A stretch of DNA of 64,000 bases from Halodesulfurarchaeum sp. (lineage in GTDB: Archaea > Halobacteriota > Halobacteria > Halobacteriales > Halobacteriaceae): positions 1,280,001 to 1,344,000 of the forward strand of contig JAXHNL010000002.1 of NCBI GenBank assembly GCA_034520565.1. The letters run 5' to 3'. A model generated the notes under the pieces. The model was not told the origin of the DNA, searched no databases, and worked only from the letters and a program-made list of their open reading frames with translations. Shown here in pieces: positions 30,747 to 41,885 of the stretch (within the stretch, counting starts at the first letter, position 1; each line of letters opens with the position of its first letter). A program made the translations under genes and the position numbers.

Positions 30747-31819
30747 ATGCAGGAAGCCGACGTTCGGGAGATTCTGTCGGGGATCGAGGACCCCGACCTC
30801 GGCACAGACATCGTTTCAGAGAACCTCGTTTCCGGGATCGACCTGGACGGGGAAAGCGTCACGGTGAAACTGGCCCTCACGGCCATCGGTTCGCCCACGG
30901 AGGAGCAGATCCGGGCCGACGTCCGCGAGGCGCTGGAAGCCGAGGGGCTTTCGGTCACGCTTGAGCCCGATTCAGCCGAATCGGCCGCAGCGGGATCGCG
31001 TCGAGAACACGGTACCGATGCGAACGTTCGACGGAACCACTTCCCGGCGTCGAGAACGTCATCGCCGTCGCCTCGGGAAAAGGTGGGGTCGGGAAGAGTA
31101 CCGTCTCCGTGAACCTCGCGGCCGGACTCGCAGATCTGGGGGCCGAGGTCGCGATTTTCGACACCGACATGTACGGGCCGAACGTCCCGCGGATGCTCGG
31201 GGTCGACGAACAACCCCGGGCCACCGAGGACGAGACGATCGTTCCCGCCCGAGGCGTCCGGCGTGGAGCTGATGAGCATGGCGTTCATGCGTCGGGCGAG
31301 GACGACCCCGTCATCTGGCGTGGCGCGATGGTCCACCAGACGCTCACCCAGCTCGTCGACGACGTGCAGTGGGGCGACATCGACTATCTCGTCATCGACC
31401 TCCCGCCGGGAACCGGTGACACGCAACTCACGCTCCTCCAGTCCATCCCGATCACCGGCTCGGTGATCGTGACGACCCCGCAGGACGTTGCACTCGAGGA
31501 CGCCCGCCGCGGCCTCCAGATGTTTGCCGAACACGACACGCCGGTGCTGGGAATCGTCGAGAACATGAGCACGTTCGTCTGCCCGGACTGCGGCTCGGAA
31601 CACGACATCTTCGGCTCCGGCGGGGGCGAGCGCTTCGCCGAGGAGAAGGACATGCCGTTCCTCGGCTCGATCCCGCTCGATCCCGGCGGATCGCGGGAGC
31701 GGCTGGCGACGAGGGCTGCCGCGATGCGTGGATGGCCGAGGTACGGCTCCGCCCGACGACCGGCGTTCCGGGGTCATCGTCGGGAGACCGACGGCGGACA
31801 TCGGTCGGCGACTTCGTGA
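30747..31819 (+). CDS. mrp: Mrp/NBP35 Fe-S cluster carrier ATPase (frameshifted; 3' end approximate)
   Basis: IEDPDLGTDIVS N-domain; SGKGGVGKS (manual); DLPPGTGD, VTTPQDVA, ENMSTFVCPDC. Confidence 0.87.
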
Positions 31820-32008
31820 ACCGGCGAGAGCCGAACGTAGAACAGATCCCGCGTCGGTCGGGATCCGGGTCCAATGAGCCGTTCCGCCGAAGGACGTCTT
31901 TGTCACGCATTCGATCCTCAGGCTAGAACTGAACGGACAAACCGTTTCAGTCTACACGGCGTGCCCGATAGAGTTTTTGTAACGGTCCTTTCGGGCCGAT
32001 ACCCTACT

Positions 32009-33929
32009 ATGACTCAGGACGAACTCATCTGGCGAATCGCGGGCGGTTCCGGCGACGGAATCGACTCGACGAGCCAGAACTTCGCGAAGGCCCTGATGCG
32101 GTCGGGCCTGCACGTCTTCACGCACCGACACTACCCGTCGCGGATCCGCGGCGGTCACACGTACGTCGAAGTACGGGCCAACGAAAAGCCGGTCACCTCC
32201 CGCGGTGACGGCTTCAACTTCCTGTTGGCTCTGGGCGACAGTTTCGCCCGGAACCCGTCAGGAGGACGCCTACTACGGGGACGAGGAGAAAAAGCCGCTC
32301 TTCGAAAACCTCGATGACCTCAACGAGGGCGGGGTCATCGTCTACGACAGCGGGCCTCATCGACGACGAAGACGTCTCGAGCGACCTCGACGAGCGCGCC
32401 GCCGAGAACGACTGGCACGTCTACCCCATCGACCTCCGTTCGATCGCGACGCGAACACGGCCGGGACGTGATGCGAAACACGGCCGGCGTCGGCGCGACG
32501 GCCGCCCTGCTCGACATGCCCCTCGATCCGATCGAGGAACTGATGGGCGAGGCGATGGGCGGCGAGGCGATGTCGAGCGCGAACCTCGAGATCCTCGACG
32601 CGCGCCTACGAGCTGGTCACCGAGGAGATCGACCGGACCCACGACCTCCGGATTCCCGAACACGACCACGACGAGGAGCAGGTCCTGCTCTCGGGCAGTC
32701 ACGCGATCGCCTACGGCGCGCTCGACGAGGGCTGTCGGTTCATCGCCGGCTACCCGATGACGCCGTGGACGGACGTGTTCACGATCATGTCCCAGAACCT
32801 CGCCCGACGTTCGGCGGCATCGCCGAGCAGGTCGAGGACGAAATCGCGGCCTCGATGATGGCGATCGGCGCGAGTCACGCGGGCGCCAAATCGATGTCCG
32901 GCTCCTCGGGCGGCGGGTTCTCGCTGATGTCCGAATCGATCGGCCTGGCGGAGATGACGGAGACGCCCCTCGTCCTGGTCGAAGCTCAACGATGCGGGCC
33001 GGTCCCTCGACGGGGATGCCGACGAAGACCGAACAGGCCGACCTCGAGCACGTCCTGCTACACGAGCCAGGGCGACTCCGAGCCGGGTGCGTCTTCGCGC
33101 CCGGAAACCATCGGGAGGCTTACGAACAGACCCGCCGGCATTCGAACTCGCCTACGAGTACCAGCTCCCGGCGATCGTTCTCTACGACGATCAACTCACC
33201 GGCGAGTTCCGAAACGTGCCCCGGAGCTTCTTCGATCAGCGAGCCCAACCCCCGATCTGGGATCGGTCGCTGACCGAGGAAGAACTGGCGGACTTGCCCC
33301 ACGGCGACGGCGGCCGCTACGAGCGGTTCAACACCGATCTCGATGCCGACGTGAACCCGCGGTCGTTGCCCGGGCAGCGCGGGGGTCGCTACCTTGCGAC
33401 CGGGAACGAACACTGGCCGAACGGGCAGATCTCTGAGGACACCCGGAACCGGATCAAGCAGGTCAATCGGCGCGTGAACAAGGTGCAGGTCCTCAAGGAG
33501 GACCTCGCAGACCGTCCATCCCAGGACACGTTTGCAGGTGACGAGGACGCCGACCTCGCCCTCCTGACCTGGGGCTCGCAGAAGGGTGTCGTCGAGGAGG
33601 TCGTCCGCCGACTGACCGACCAGGGGGTTCCGATCAAATCCCTCTCGGTCAGTCAGATGGCCCCACTCCGGACCGAGGAGATCGCTTCCTTCCTCGAGGG
33701 CGTCTCCGACGTGCTGGTGGTCGAGATGAACGCCACCGCGCAGTTCAAGGGTGTCATCCAACAGGAATTCGGGGACTACGGCGACCTTCTGGGCAGTTTC
33801 CTGAAGTACAACGGCGATCCGATCGAACCGGACGAACTGATCGAAGCCGTGGAGATCGTCCGGAACGACGAGGCCTGGGAGACCGCCTCTGAAACCGACC
33901 TTCGGCCCCCCGCAGGTGATCGAGCATGA
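32009..33929 (+). CDS. porA: Pyruvate/2-oxoacid:ferredoxin oxidoreductase alpha subunit (multiple frameshifts)
   Basis: LIWRIAGGSGDGIDSTSQNF..YPSRIRGGHT; EQVEDEIAA; SSGGGFSLMSE; VVEMN. Confidence 0.87.
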
Positions 33930-34861
33930 CCCAATTCAACGCCATCGGCGGCGGCGAGGACGTCACGGACGACGACTACACCCTCGAAGCGGAACCCCAG
34001 CCAACGTGGTGTCCGGGGTGTGGTGACTTCTCGGTCCTGCGTTCGCTCAAGGGGGCGATGGCCGATATCGGTCGGGATCCCGAAGAGATCCTCCTCGTCA
34101 CGGGGATCGGCTGTTCGGGCAAGCTCAACAGCTACTTCGACAGTTACGGATTCCACGCGATTCACGGTCGCACGCTGCCGCTCGGTCGAGCGGCCAAGAT
34201 GGTCAATCAGGACCTCGAGGTCATCGCAGCCGGCGGTGACGGCGACGGCTACGGGATCGGTGGGAACCACTTCACCCACACCGCCCGCGAGAACCACGAC
34301 ATGACCTACATCGTGTTCAACAACGAGGTCTTCGGGCTCACGAAGGGCCAGTCGGCACCGACCAGCCCAAAGGGCCACGTTTCGAAGACCCAGCTCAAGG
34401 GCGTTGCAAAGGATCCCGTTCGGCCCCTTTCGCTCGCGCTCTCTGCTGGTGCCTCGTACATCGCCCGGACCGCTGCGACGAACCCGAATCAGGCCCGCGA
34501 AATCCTCGCGGAAGCCGTCGAGCACGACGGCTTTGCCCACGTGGACTTCCTCACGCAGTGTCCGACCTGGAACAAGGACGGCGGCGAGTACGTCCCGTAC
34601 ATCGACGTCCAGGAGTCGGATGACTACGACTTCGACGTGACCGATCGGCGGGAGGCCGCCGAGATGATGCACGAGACCGAAACCCAGCTCTACGAGGGGA
34701 CGGTCCTCACCGGCCGCTACTACGTCGAGGAGGATCGGCGGACCTACCAGGAGGAAAAGCAGATGCGCGAGGAGATGCCCGAGAGCCCGGTCGTCGAACG
34801 GTACTTCGACGAGGACTACGAGTGGGAGCGCTCCTACGATCGGCTCGACCGCCACCTGTAG
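33926..34861 (+). CDS. porB: Pyruvate/2-oxoacid:ferredoxin oxidoreductase beta subunit
   Basis: TWCPGCGDF, GIGCSG, GGDGDGYGIGGNH TPP motif, GLTKGQ. Confidence 0.92.
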   Translation: MTQFNAIGGGEDVTDDDYTLEAEPQPTWCPGCGDFSVLRSLKGAMADIGRDPEEILLVTGIGCSGKLNSYFDSYGFHAIHGRTLPLGRAAKMVNQDLEVIAAGGDGDGYGIGGNHFTHTARENHDMTYIVFNNEVFGLTKGQSAPTSPKGHVSKTQLKGVAKDPVRPLSLALSAGASYIARTAATNPNQAREILAEAVEHDGFAHVDFLTQCPTWNKDGGEYVPYIDVQESDDYDFDVTDRREAAEMMHETETQLYEGTVLTGRYYVEEDRRTYQEEKQMREEMPESPVVERYFDEDYEWERSYDRLDRHL

Positions 34862-34956
34862 GCGACCGACCCGACTCGGTGATTACCCGCTTTCGGGAAT
34901 CGACAACAGTTTTCAGATTCGGAAGGTATTTTTTCCGCGATCCCAAAGGATTCTTC

Positions 34957-35385
34957 GTGACCGAGGCATCGACCAGGGACCGCATCCTCGCGGTGCTCGA
35001 GGCGGACGCGAACGCTTCCTACGGCGAGATCGCCGACCAGGTCGGCGTCTCGAAGCCGACGGTCCGGAAGTACGTCTCCCAGCTCGAGGACGAGGGCGTC
35101 ATTCTCGGCTATTCCGCGGAGGTCGATCCGAAGAAACTCTCCGAAACCTCGATCGCCCTCGTGGGATTCGACATCAAAAGCGAGTGTTACGTCGACGCCA
35201 TCGAGGCGTTGAAGGATCTGGATTCGGTCCGTTCGCTTCACACCGCGAGCGGCGACCATATGTTGATGGCCGAAATGCGCGCCGAGAGCGGCGACGCCTT
35301 GGCCGGCATCATTCAGGAATCGGTGATGTCGATCGACGGGATGGAAGAGGCGCATCCGACCTTTCTCCAGGAGCGGTTGAAGTAA
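34957..35385 (+). CDS. lrpA1: Lrp/AsnC-family regulator (LrpA1-like)
   Basis: ASYGEIADQVGVSKPTVRKYVSQLEDEGVILGY HTH; GTG start; convergent with an aminotransferase. Confidence 0.85.
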   Translation: MTEASTRDRILAVLEADANASYGEIADQVGVSKPTVRKYVSQLEDEGVILGYSAEVDPKKLSETSIALVGFDIKSECYVDAIEALKDLDSVRSLHTASGDHMLMAEMRAESGDALAGIIQESVMSIDGMEEAHPTFLQERLK

Positions 35386-35412
35386 CGATCTTCAGGAGCG
35401 GTTGAAGTAACG
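35368..35412 (+). repeat. 20-bp direct repeat duplicating the lrpA1 3' end
   Basis: CAGGAGCGGTTGAAGTAACG at 35368-35387 and 35393-35412. Confidence 0.9.
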
Positions 35413-35434
35413 GCCGAGCATTCGCCTGGCCGAA

Positions 35435-36568
35435 TCAGCCGCTCAGATACGCCTTCAGTCGCCTGATCGCTTCCTCGATATTGTTCGTGCTGGCCGCGAA
35501 GGACGCCCGGAGCATGTGCTCTGTCTGCGTTCCGAAATCCGGGCCGGGTGTCAGGGCGACACCAGCGTCTTCGAGGAGCCGGTCGGCGACGTCGAACGCG
35601 TTACCGTCCAGGTCACTGACGTCGAGTAGCAGGTAGTACGCTCCGGCGGGCGTGTATCCCACGTCGAGATCCAGCTCTCGAACGCCCTCGAGCAACAGGT
35701 CTCGTCGTTCCCGGTACACCGACCGGATTTCCGCGAGTCCGTCTCCCTCCCTGATGGCCACTTCGGCTCCGTCCTGGACGTGGTTCGGCGCACAGATGAG
35801 GAAGTTCTGGACGAGCCGATTCAGCGCTTCGGTTTCCGCCGGCGGCGAGACGATCCAGCCCAAACGCCAGCCGGTCATTCCGTAGCGCTTCGAGACCCCG
35901 TCGAGGACGAACGCTTCGTCGGTGTATTCGAGGACCGAGTGAGCCTCGGCGTCGAAGTCGAGTCCGTGATAGATCTCGTCGGCGATCAACTGCGTGTCGT
36001 TCCGGGTGGCCAGGTTCGCGAGTCCCTCGATCGCGTCCGCGTCCATGACCGCTCCCGTCGGGTTCGCCGGTGAGTTGATCAACAGCCCCTGCGTGTCCCG
36101 ATCGACAGCGGCCTCGAAGTCAGCGAGATCGGGCTGAAACCCGTTCTCCGGGCGGAGATCGACCGTCGTCGTCAGACCCTCGGCCTGCCGGACGAAGTTC
36201 GGATACGGGGCGTAGTAGGGGTCGGTGAGCACGACCTCGTCCCCTGGGTCGACCACGTCGAGCATCACCATCAGGAGGGCCGGCGAGGAGCCGGGCGTGA
36301 CGTGAATGCGCTCGATCGGAACGTCCACGCCGTACTCGCGGTCGTAATACGCGGAGATGGCCTCCCTGAGACTCGTCTTGCCGCGGGCGTTCGTGTAATT
36401 CACGCTCCCACTGGCGAGCGAGTCGATGGCGGCCTCGGTCGCGACTGCCGGCGGCTCGAAATCGGGTTCCCCGACCGAGAGGTCGACGACGTCGTCCAGT
36501 TGTTCGGCCTTCTCGAGGACGTCCATGGCCGCAAAGGGCGTCGTCTCCATCGCTCGCTTCGAAGGCAT
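35435..36568 (-). CDS. Class I/II PLP aminotransferase (aspartate aminotransferase-like)
   Basis: LSVGEPDF, INSPANPTG, DEIY, SKRYGMTGWRLGW. Confidence 0.9.
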   Translation of the reverse strand: MPSKRAMETTPFAAMDVLEKAEQLDDVVDLSVGEPDFEPPAVATEAAIDSLASGSVNYTNARGKTSLREAISAYYDREYGVDVPIERIHVTPGSSPALLMVMLDVVDPGDEVVLTDPYYAPYPNFVRQAEGLTTTVDLRPENGFQPDLADFEAAVDRDTQGLLINSPANPTGAVMDADAIEGLANLATRNDTQLIADEIYHGLDFDAEAHSVLEYTDEAFVLDGVSKRYGMTGWRLGWIVSPPAETEALNRLVQNFLICAPNHVQDGAEVAIREGDGLAEIRSVYRERRDLLLEGVRELDLDVGYTPAGAYYLLLDVSDLDGNAFDVADRLLEDAGVALTPGPDFGTQTEHMLRASFAASTNNIEEAIRRLKAYLSG

Positions 36569-36657
36569 AACCGATCCGAAGACCGCCCCGCATATAGGTT
36601 CGCCGTCATCCGTTTGGGCCACGGGAACGTGGTCCGGCTGGCTCCCTGCTCGGCGGG

Positions 36658-37482
36658 CTAGTCGGGAAGCGCGAGGCCCGGATACCAGTGTTCGACGCCG
36701 GCCTCTGCTTTCTTTCGATCCATTTTCGCGAGCAGTTGGACCGCCAGTGTGGCCGTTTCCGCGGCCCGATCATCGCCTTCCGTGCGGAACTCGCCGGTCT
36801 CCCGGTTGGCATAGACCGAACAGATCGCCCCGGTCCGCAGGCCGTAAAGGGATCCGAGGGTGAGAATCGCGCTTGCCTCCATCTCGATGTTCTTCACGTT
36901 TGCCTCCCGCAACTCCTCGACCAGCGTGTCGCTCCCCGCTGCCTCGAACCCCTCGAACCCCGCCCGACCCTGTCCGGCGTAGAAACTGTCTGCGCTCATG
37001 GTCACGCCGACGTGGTAGGTATAACCTAGCCGCTCGGCGGCCGCAATGAGGGCCCCCGTTACCTCCCGGTCGGCCACGGCGGGATAATCTTCGCGGACGT
37101 ACTCGTCGCTGGTGCCTTCCTGTCTCACCGCGCCGGTCGTGATGACCAGATCGCCGATGTCCATCTCCGGCTGGATGGCGCCGGTCGATCCGACCCGGAT
37201 GAACGTGTTGGCACCGGTGCGGGCGAGTTCCTCGATGGCGATCGCCGCGCCCGGGGCGCCGATCCCGGTCGAGGTGACCGAAATCGGCGTCTCGTCGACG
37301 GCCCCGGTGACCGTCCGGTATTCGCGATGGAACCCTCGCTCTTCGGCGTCATCCCAGAATCCCGTGATCGTCTCGATCCGGTCGGGGTTTCCGGGTAAGA
37401 GGACGGTGTCGGCCAGATCGTCGGGTCCGACCCCGATATGATACTGCACGTCGTCGCTCGGGTCCTCGCTGGTTTTCGTCAT
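36658..37482 (-). CDS. udp: Uridine/nucleoside phosphorylase
   Basis: LLPGNPDR, STGIGAP, IRVGSTGA, IEMEAS. Confidence 0.88.
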   Translation of the reverse strand: MTKTSEDPSDDVQYHIGVGPDDLADTVLLPGNPDRIETITGFWDDAEERGFHREYRTVTGAVDETPISVTSTGIGAPGAAIAIEELARTGANTFIRVGSTGAIQPEMDIGDLVITTGAVRQEGTSDEYVREDYPAVADREVTGALIAAAERLGYTYHVGVTMSADSFYAGQGRAGFEGFEAAGSDTLVEELREANVKNIEMEASAILTLGSLYGLRTGAICSVYANRETGEFRTEGDDRAAETATLAVQLLAKMDRKKAEAGVEHWYPGLALPD

Positions 37483-37531
37483 GGCTCACCCAAGGCAGAG
37501 GGACGGCAAAACCCTTGGCCCACAGCGTTCG

Positions 37532-37936
37532 TCATTCCTGGTTCGTATGGTCGTGGATCTGCTCGCCGGTGAAGGCGTGGGGTAGGAGGTCGGTCAATCG
37601 GTGTGATTCGGGGCCATCGGGATGGTCGACCAGTACCTCGAAATCCCCGTCTGCGAACTCTGCGAGGGTCTGTCGACACATGCCACAGGGAGTTACACCG
37701 TCATTTGCGTCAGAGGCGACCGCGATCCGCTCGAAGTCACGGTGACCCTCCATGACCGCCCGCGCCAGGGCGACTTCCTCGGCGTGCAAGCTGTTCGAGT
37801 AGTTCGCGATCTCGATGTTTGCCCCGGTGTAGACCGACCCATCGACCGTTTCGATGGCTGCGCCGACGGCGTACTCCGAGTACGGAACGACGGCTCTGGA
37901 ACGGGCCCTTCGGGCCGCGTCGAGAAGTTCGTCCAT
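37532..37936 (-). CDS. cdd: Cytidine deaminase
   Basis: PYSEYAVGAA, GANIE, HAEE, PCGMCRQ. Confidence 0.93.
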   Translation of the reverse strand: MDELLDAARRARSRAVVPYSEYAVGAAIETVDGSVYTGANIEIANYSNSLHAEEVALARAVMEGHRDFERIAVASDANDGVTPCGMCRQTLAEFADGDFEVLVDHPDGPESHRLTDLLPHAFTGEQIHDHTNQE

Positions 37937-37965
37937 GAAGACGGATGGATCCCCGGGGTGAAAAA

Positions 37966-39044
37966 TCACTCCTCGCCGGATTCGTAATGCTCGCCGGCAG
38001 CCTCTGGGAGTCGCGTGTGACCGACCAGGGCCAGCACGATGACGACGGTAATGTAGGGAATCGTTCGGACCAGCGACTGGGGAATCGCGAAGACGTCCCC
38101 GACCTGCAGGGCGATCTGCACGGCCTCGAGGCCCGCGAACAGCAGGGTCGAGAGCATCGCTCCGATCGGATTGTAGTTGCCAAAGAGGTAGGCGACAATG
38201 GCGATGAACCCCTTCCCGTTGACCATCGTCGCGCCGTTTCCGATGAACTGGCCGAGCGAGAGCGAGAGGGCTGCGCCCCCGATTCCCGAGAGCACGCCGG
38301 ACAGGAGCACGGCTACGTACCGGACGCGACTCACGTTCACGCCGGCGGTATCGAGTGCTTTCGGGTTCTCCCCGCTCGCGATCACCCACCGACCGAACGA
38401 GGTTCGATTGAGGGTGTACCACGAGGCGGCGACCGCCACGAACATGAGGTAGACGATTGGCGAGGCGTCGAAGAGCGCGCCGAAAAAGGGAATCTCCGAG
38501 AGAAGCGGGATCGTGATGGTGCCCAACGACTCGACGCTGTCCGTGTTCGGTCCGTTGTAGATGACCTGGGAGAGGAACGGCGCCAGTCCCAGCGCGATGA
38601 GCCAGACGGCCAGCCCGGCGATGATCTGGTCGGCCTTGAATTCGATGCAGACGACCCCGAACAGCCCGGCCAGCAACGTCGAGGCGAGCACCCCGGTCCC
38701 CATGCCGACCCACACGTTGCCGGTGACGTCCGTCGGCGTACGATGCCGAAGAATGCGGCGATGATCAGGAGCCCCTCGAGTCCGATGTTAATGACGCCGC
38801 TCTTTTCGGCAAAGATTCCGCCGAGAGCCGCGAACGCGATCGGCACCGAGAGGCGCAGTGCGGAGGAAAAGGTGCTCTTCGAGGTCAAGATGTCAAAGAG
38901 GGCAGCGAGGTTCGACCCGGGATAGAGTACGCCGATCAGTCCGAGGAGGGCGAGTAGGAGGACCGTCACGAGCGCCACGTATCCCCGGATACCGAGAGAC
39001 TGGAACCGCTCGATCGACTGGCGGACGTCGATTCGGTCAGTCAT
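37966..39044 (-). CDS. Nucleoside ABC transporter permease (frameshift at ~38735)
   Basis: AALGGIFAEKSGVINIGLEG; ASGENPKALDTAGVNV; GKGFIAI. Confidence 0.87.
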
Positions 39045-40314
39045 CGCCGCTCACCTCGGATCGTTTCGTCTCCGTCGGGGGTTCCAGTCGGCCGTCGGGA
39101 ACCACGCGTTTGCCGATCATGCGGAAGAATTCGGGCATGGCGACGAACAGGATGATCAACCCACGAAGAACGCCGACGAGCTGGGGTGGGACGTCGGTGC
39201 CGACGTCCACCACCACGGAGCCGCTCTTGAGTACACCGAAGAGCAGGCCAGCAAAGCCGACCCCCAGCGGGTTGTTTCCGGCCAGGATCGAGACGGTGAT
39301 CCCATCGAACCCGTAGCTCGGGACCCCCGTCTGGAAGTTTCCGAGCACCATGAGCACGTAGACGGCCCCGCCGACACCCGCCAACGCCCCGGAGAGCACC
39401 ATGCCGGTGAGGATCGTCCGTTCAGCGTTTACGCCACCGTACTCGGCGGCGTCCGGCTGGATGCCGCTCGTGCGGATGTCATAGCCGAGGGCGGTGTGGT
39501 TCAAGAGATACCAGATGGCAACCAATGTGAGGACGGCGACGATCAGGGCGATGATGGAGAAATCGTCCCGCGCTTCGAAGATCACGTTCGGGAAGAGGGC
39601 ATGGTCAGGAAGCGAAATCGTCTGGTTGGCGAAACTTTCCGGGTCTTTGAAATGATTTGCCACCAGGTACAGGGCGACCGACGTGGCGACGAAGTTGAGC
39701 ATGATCGTCGTGATCACCTCGTTCGCCTCGAGGTACGCCAGGAGTGCCCCCGGGATTGCCGCGAAGGCCCCGCCTGCGAGCGCGCCGACGAACAGTCCGA
39801 TGGTGAGGAGTACGATGGTTCCGAAGGCGCCGGTGACATGCGGTGCGAGTGGCAGCAACACGAGTGCTGTCGCCAGCGCGCCGACGACGAGCTGACCCTG
39901 GGCCCCGATGTTGAAGATCCCCGCCCGAAACGCGATTGCGACCGCGACGCCGGCGAAGATGAGGATCGTCGTCTCCGCGAAGGTGGTCGCGAGCTGGCCG
40001 TTGAGCGGGTCGAATCCCGGTCGAATGATCCAGGCGAACTCGCCCTGGAGTGGCTTGAACGCCGGGTTGATGGGATCGCCGAACGCGCCGAAAAAGAGCT
40101 TGTCGAAGACGGCAAGCGGACTGTAAGCAAAGTCATAGCCCAGAATCGTCCACGCCGGATCCTCGGTCTCTGCCAGCAGCCCCGCAAAGAGGATGAGCAC
40201 CGTGCCGACGAGAATCGAGAGAACGAGTGCCGCCAAACTGATCAGAATGCGTTCGGTTCCCGAGGAGCGACGGAGCCGAGCGAGCAGGTCGAGGGCCCAA
40301 TCGGGGAGATTCAT
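39037..40314 (-). CDS. Nucleoside ABC transporter permease
   Basis: FRAGIFNIGAQGQ, NEVITTIMLNF, GFDGITVSILAGNNP. Confidence 0.9.
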   Translation of the reverse strand: MNLPDWALDLLARLRRSSGTERILISLAALVLSILVGTVLILFAGLLAETEDPAWTILGYDFAYSPLAVFDKLFFGAFGDPINPAFKPLQGEFAWIIRPGFDPLNGQLATTFAETTILIFAGVAVAIAFRAGIFNIGAQGQLVVGALATALVLLPLAPHVTGAFGTIVLLTIGLFVGALAGGAFAAIPGALLAYLEANEVITTIMLNFVATSVALYLVANHFKDPESFANQTISLPDHALFPNVIFEARDDFSIIALIVAVLTLVAIWYLLNHTALGYDIRTSGIQPDAAEYGGVNAERTILTGMVLSGALAGVGGAVYVLMVLGNFQTGVPSYGFDGITVSILAGNNPLGVGFAGLLFGVLKSGSVVVDVGTDVPPQLVGVLRGLIILFVAMPEFFRMIGKRVVPDGRLEPPTETKRSEVSGDD

Positions 40315-41873
40315 TCCCGCACCTCCGCGTCGAGCGAACGATCGGCCGCGTCGAAGTCGGTCGGTTCTTCGCCCGCCATGAGCAGTCCGAGTTCCTCATC
40401 GGAAACCGCGTCCGGATCCACGACGGCTACGAGTTCGCCCTCGTACATCACGGCGAGTCGGTCCGAGAGCGCCTGCACCTCGTCGAGTTTCGAGGAAACC
40501 AGCAGGACGCCGGTTCCCTCCTCCCGGAGTTCGACCAGTCGGTCGTGGATGTACTCCGTCGAGCCGACGTCCACGCCACGAGTCGGATGCGTCGCCATCA
40601 TCAGCCGCGGGTTTCGTTGGAACTCCCGGCCGACGATGAACTTCTGCTGGTTGCCGCCGGAAAGCGAAACGGCGGTCACGTCCGTTTGGCCGGGACGGAC
40701 GTCGAACTCCTCGACGATGGTGTCGGCGTGCGTGCGGGCTGCCCCCCAGTCGAGGCGACCGCCATTGCCGAACGGCCGGGAGTGTTGGCTGCCGAGGATG
40801 CCGTTTTCGACGAGGTCGAAGTCCATGACGAGTCCCCGCTCCTGGCGATCTTCCGGGATGTAGGCCATCCCCTGCTTGATGCGGTCGAGGCGACTCCAAC
40901 CGGTCACCGTTTCACCACTGAGACGAACCGTCCCCGATTCGGCGGTTCGAAGCCCGGTGATCGCCTCGACGAGTTCCGCCTGTCCGTTCCCGTCGACGCC
41001 GGCGATTCCGAGGATCTCGCCCTCCCGAACGGTGAGCGAGAGATCGGAGACGGCCGTCACCCCGCGGTCGTTTTCCACCGTGAGATTTGCCACGCCGAGG
41101 ATCGGATCACCCGGGGTCACCGGCGGTTTCTCGACTTTCATCAACACCTCGCGGCCGACCATCATTTCCGCGAGGGACTCGCGATCGGCCGCTTCGCCGG
41201 CGACCGTGCCCACGTTTTTCCCGTCCCGGAGGACGGTGATCCTGTCTGCTGCCTCCATGGCTTCGCCGAGCTTGTGCGTGATGAAAATGATCGTTTTGCC
41301 CTGGGCGGTCAACTCCTCGAAGACGGCGAACAGCTCCTCGACCTCCTGGGGCGTGAGCACCGCAGTCGGTTCGTCCATGATCAGGATTTCCGCCCCGCGA
41401 TAGAGCGCCTTCAGGATCTCGACGCGCTGCCTGACGCCCACGCTCACCTCCTCTATTCTGGCGTCCGGATCGACGGCGAATCCGTACTGTTCGCGGAGCG
41501 AGACGACTGCCTCACGGGCGCGTTTCTCGTCGACCAGCAATCCTCCCCACTTCCGCGGCTCGTTCCCGAGGACGATGTTTTCGGTGACCGTCATCGGGCC
41601 GACGAGCATGAAATGCTGGTGGATCATTCCGATGCCCGCCTCGATGGCCTCTCTCGGGGAATCGAAGTCCCGCTCAGTTCCGCTGACGGTCACCGTCCCG
41701 TCGGTCGGCTCGTACAGGCCGTACAGAATATTCATCAACGTCGTCTTCCCGGCCCCGTTCTCGCCGAGGAGCGCGTGGACGGACCCGCGTTCGACGGAGA
41801 GGTCGATGTCGTCGTTGGCGAGGACGCCGGGAAACTGCTTCGTGATTCCCGACAGCCGGACGGCTGGCTCCAT
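40311..41873 (-). CDS. Nucleoside ABC transporter ATP-binding protein (double ABC domain)
   Basis: GENGAGKT, DEPTAVLTPQE, LSGGNQQK, PTRGVDVG. Confidence 0.93.
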   Translation of the reverse strand: MEPAVRLSGITKQFPGVLANDDIDLSVERGSVHALLGENGAGKTTLMNILYGLYEPTDGTVTVSGTERDFDSPREAIEAGIGMIHQHFMLVGPMTVTENIVLGNEPRKWGGLLVDEKRAREAVVSLREQYGFAVDPDARIEEVSVGVRQRVEILKALYRGAEILIMDEPTAVLTPQEVEELFAVFEELTAQGKTIIFITHKLGEAMEAADRITVLRDGKNVGTVAGEAADRESLAEMMVGREVLMKVEKPPVTPGDPILGVANLTVENDRGVTAVSDLSLTVREGEILGIAGVDGNGQAELVEAITGLRTAESGTVRLSGETVTGWSRLDRIKQGMAYIPEDRQERGLVMDFDLVENGILGSQHSRPFGNGGRLDWGAARTHADTIVEEFDVRPGQTDVTAVSLSGGNQQKFIVGREFQRNPRLMMATHPTRGVDVGSTEYIHDRLVELREEGTGVLLVSSKLDEVQALSDRLAVMYEGELVAVVDPDAVSDEELGLLMAGEEPTDFDAADRSLDAEVRE

Positions 41874-41885
41874 TTTGTGCCGTCG

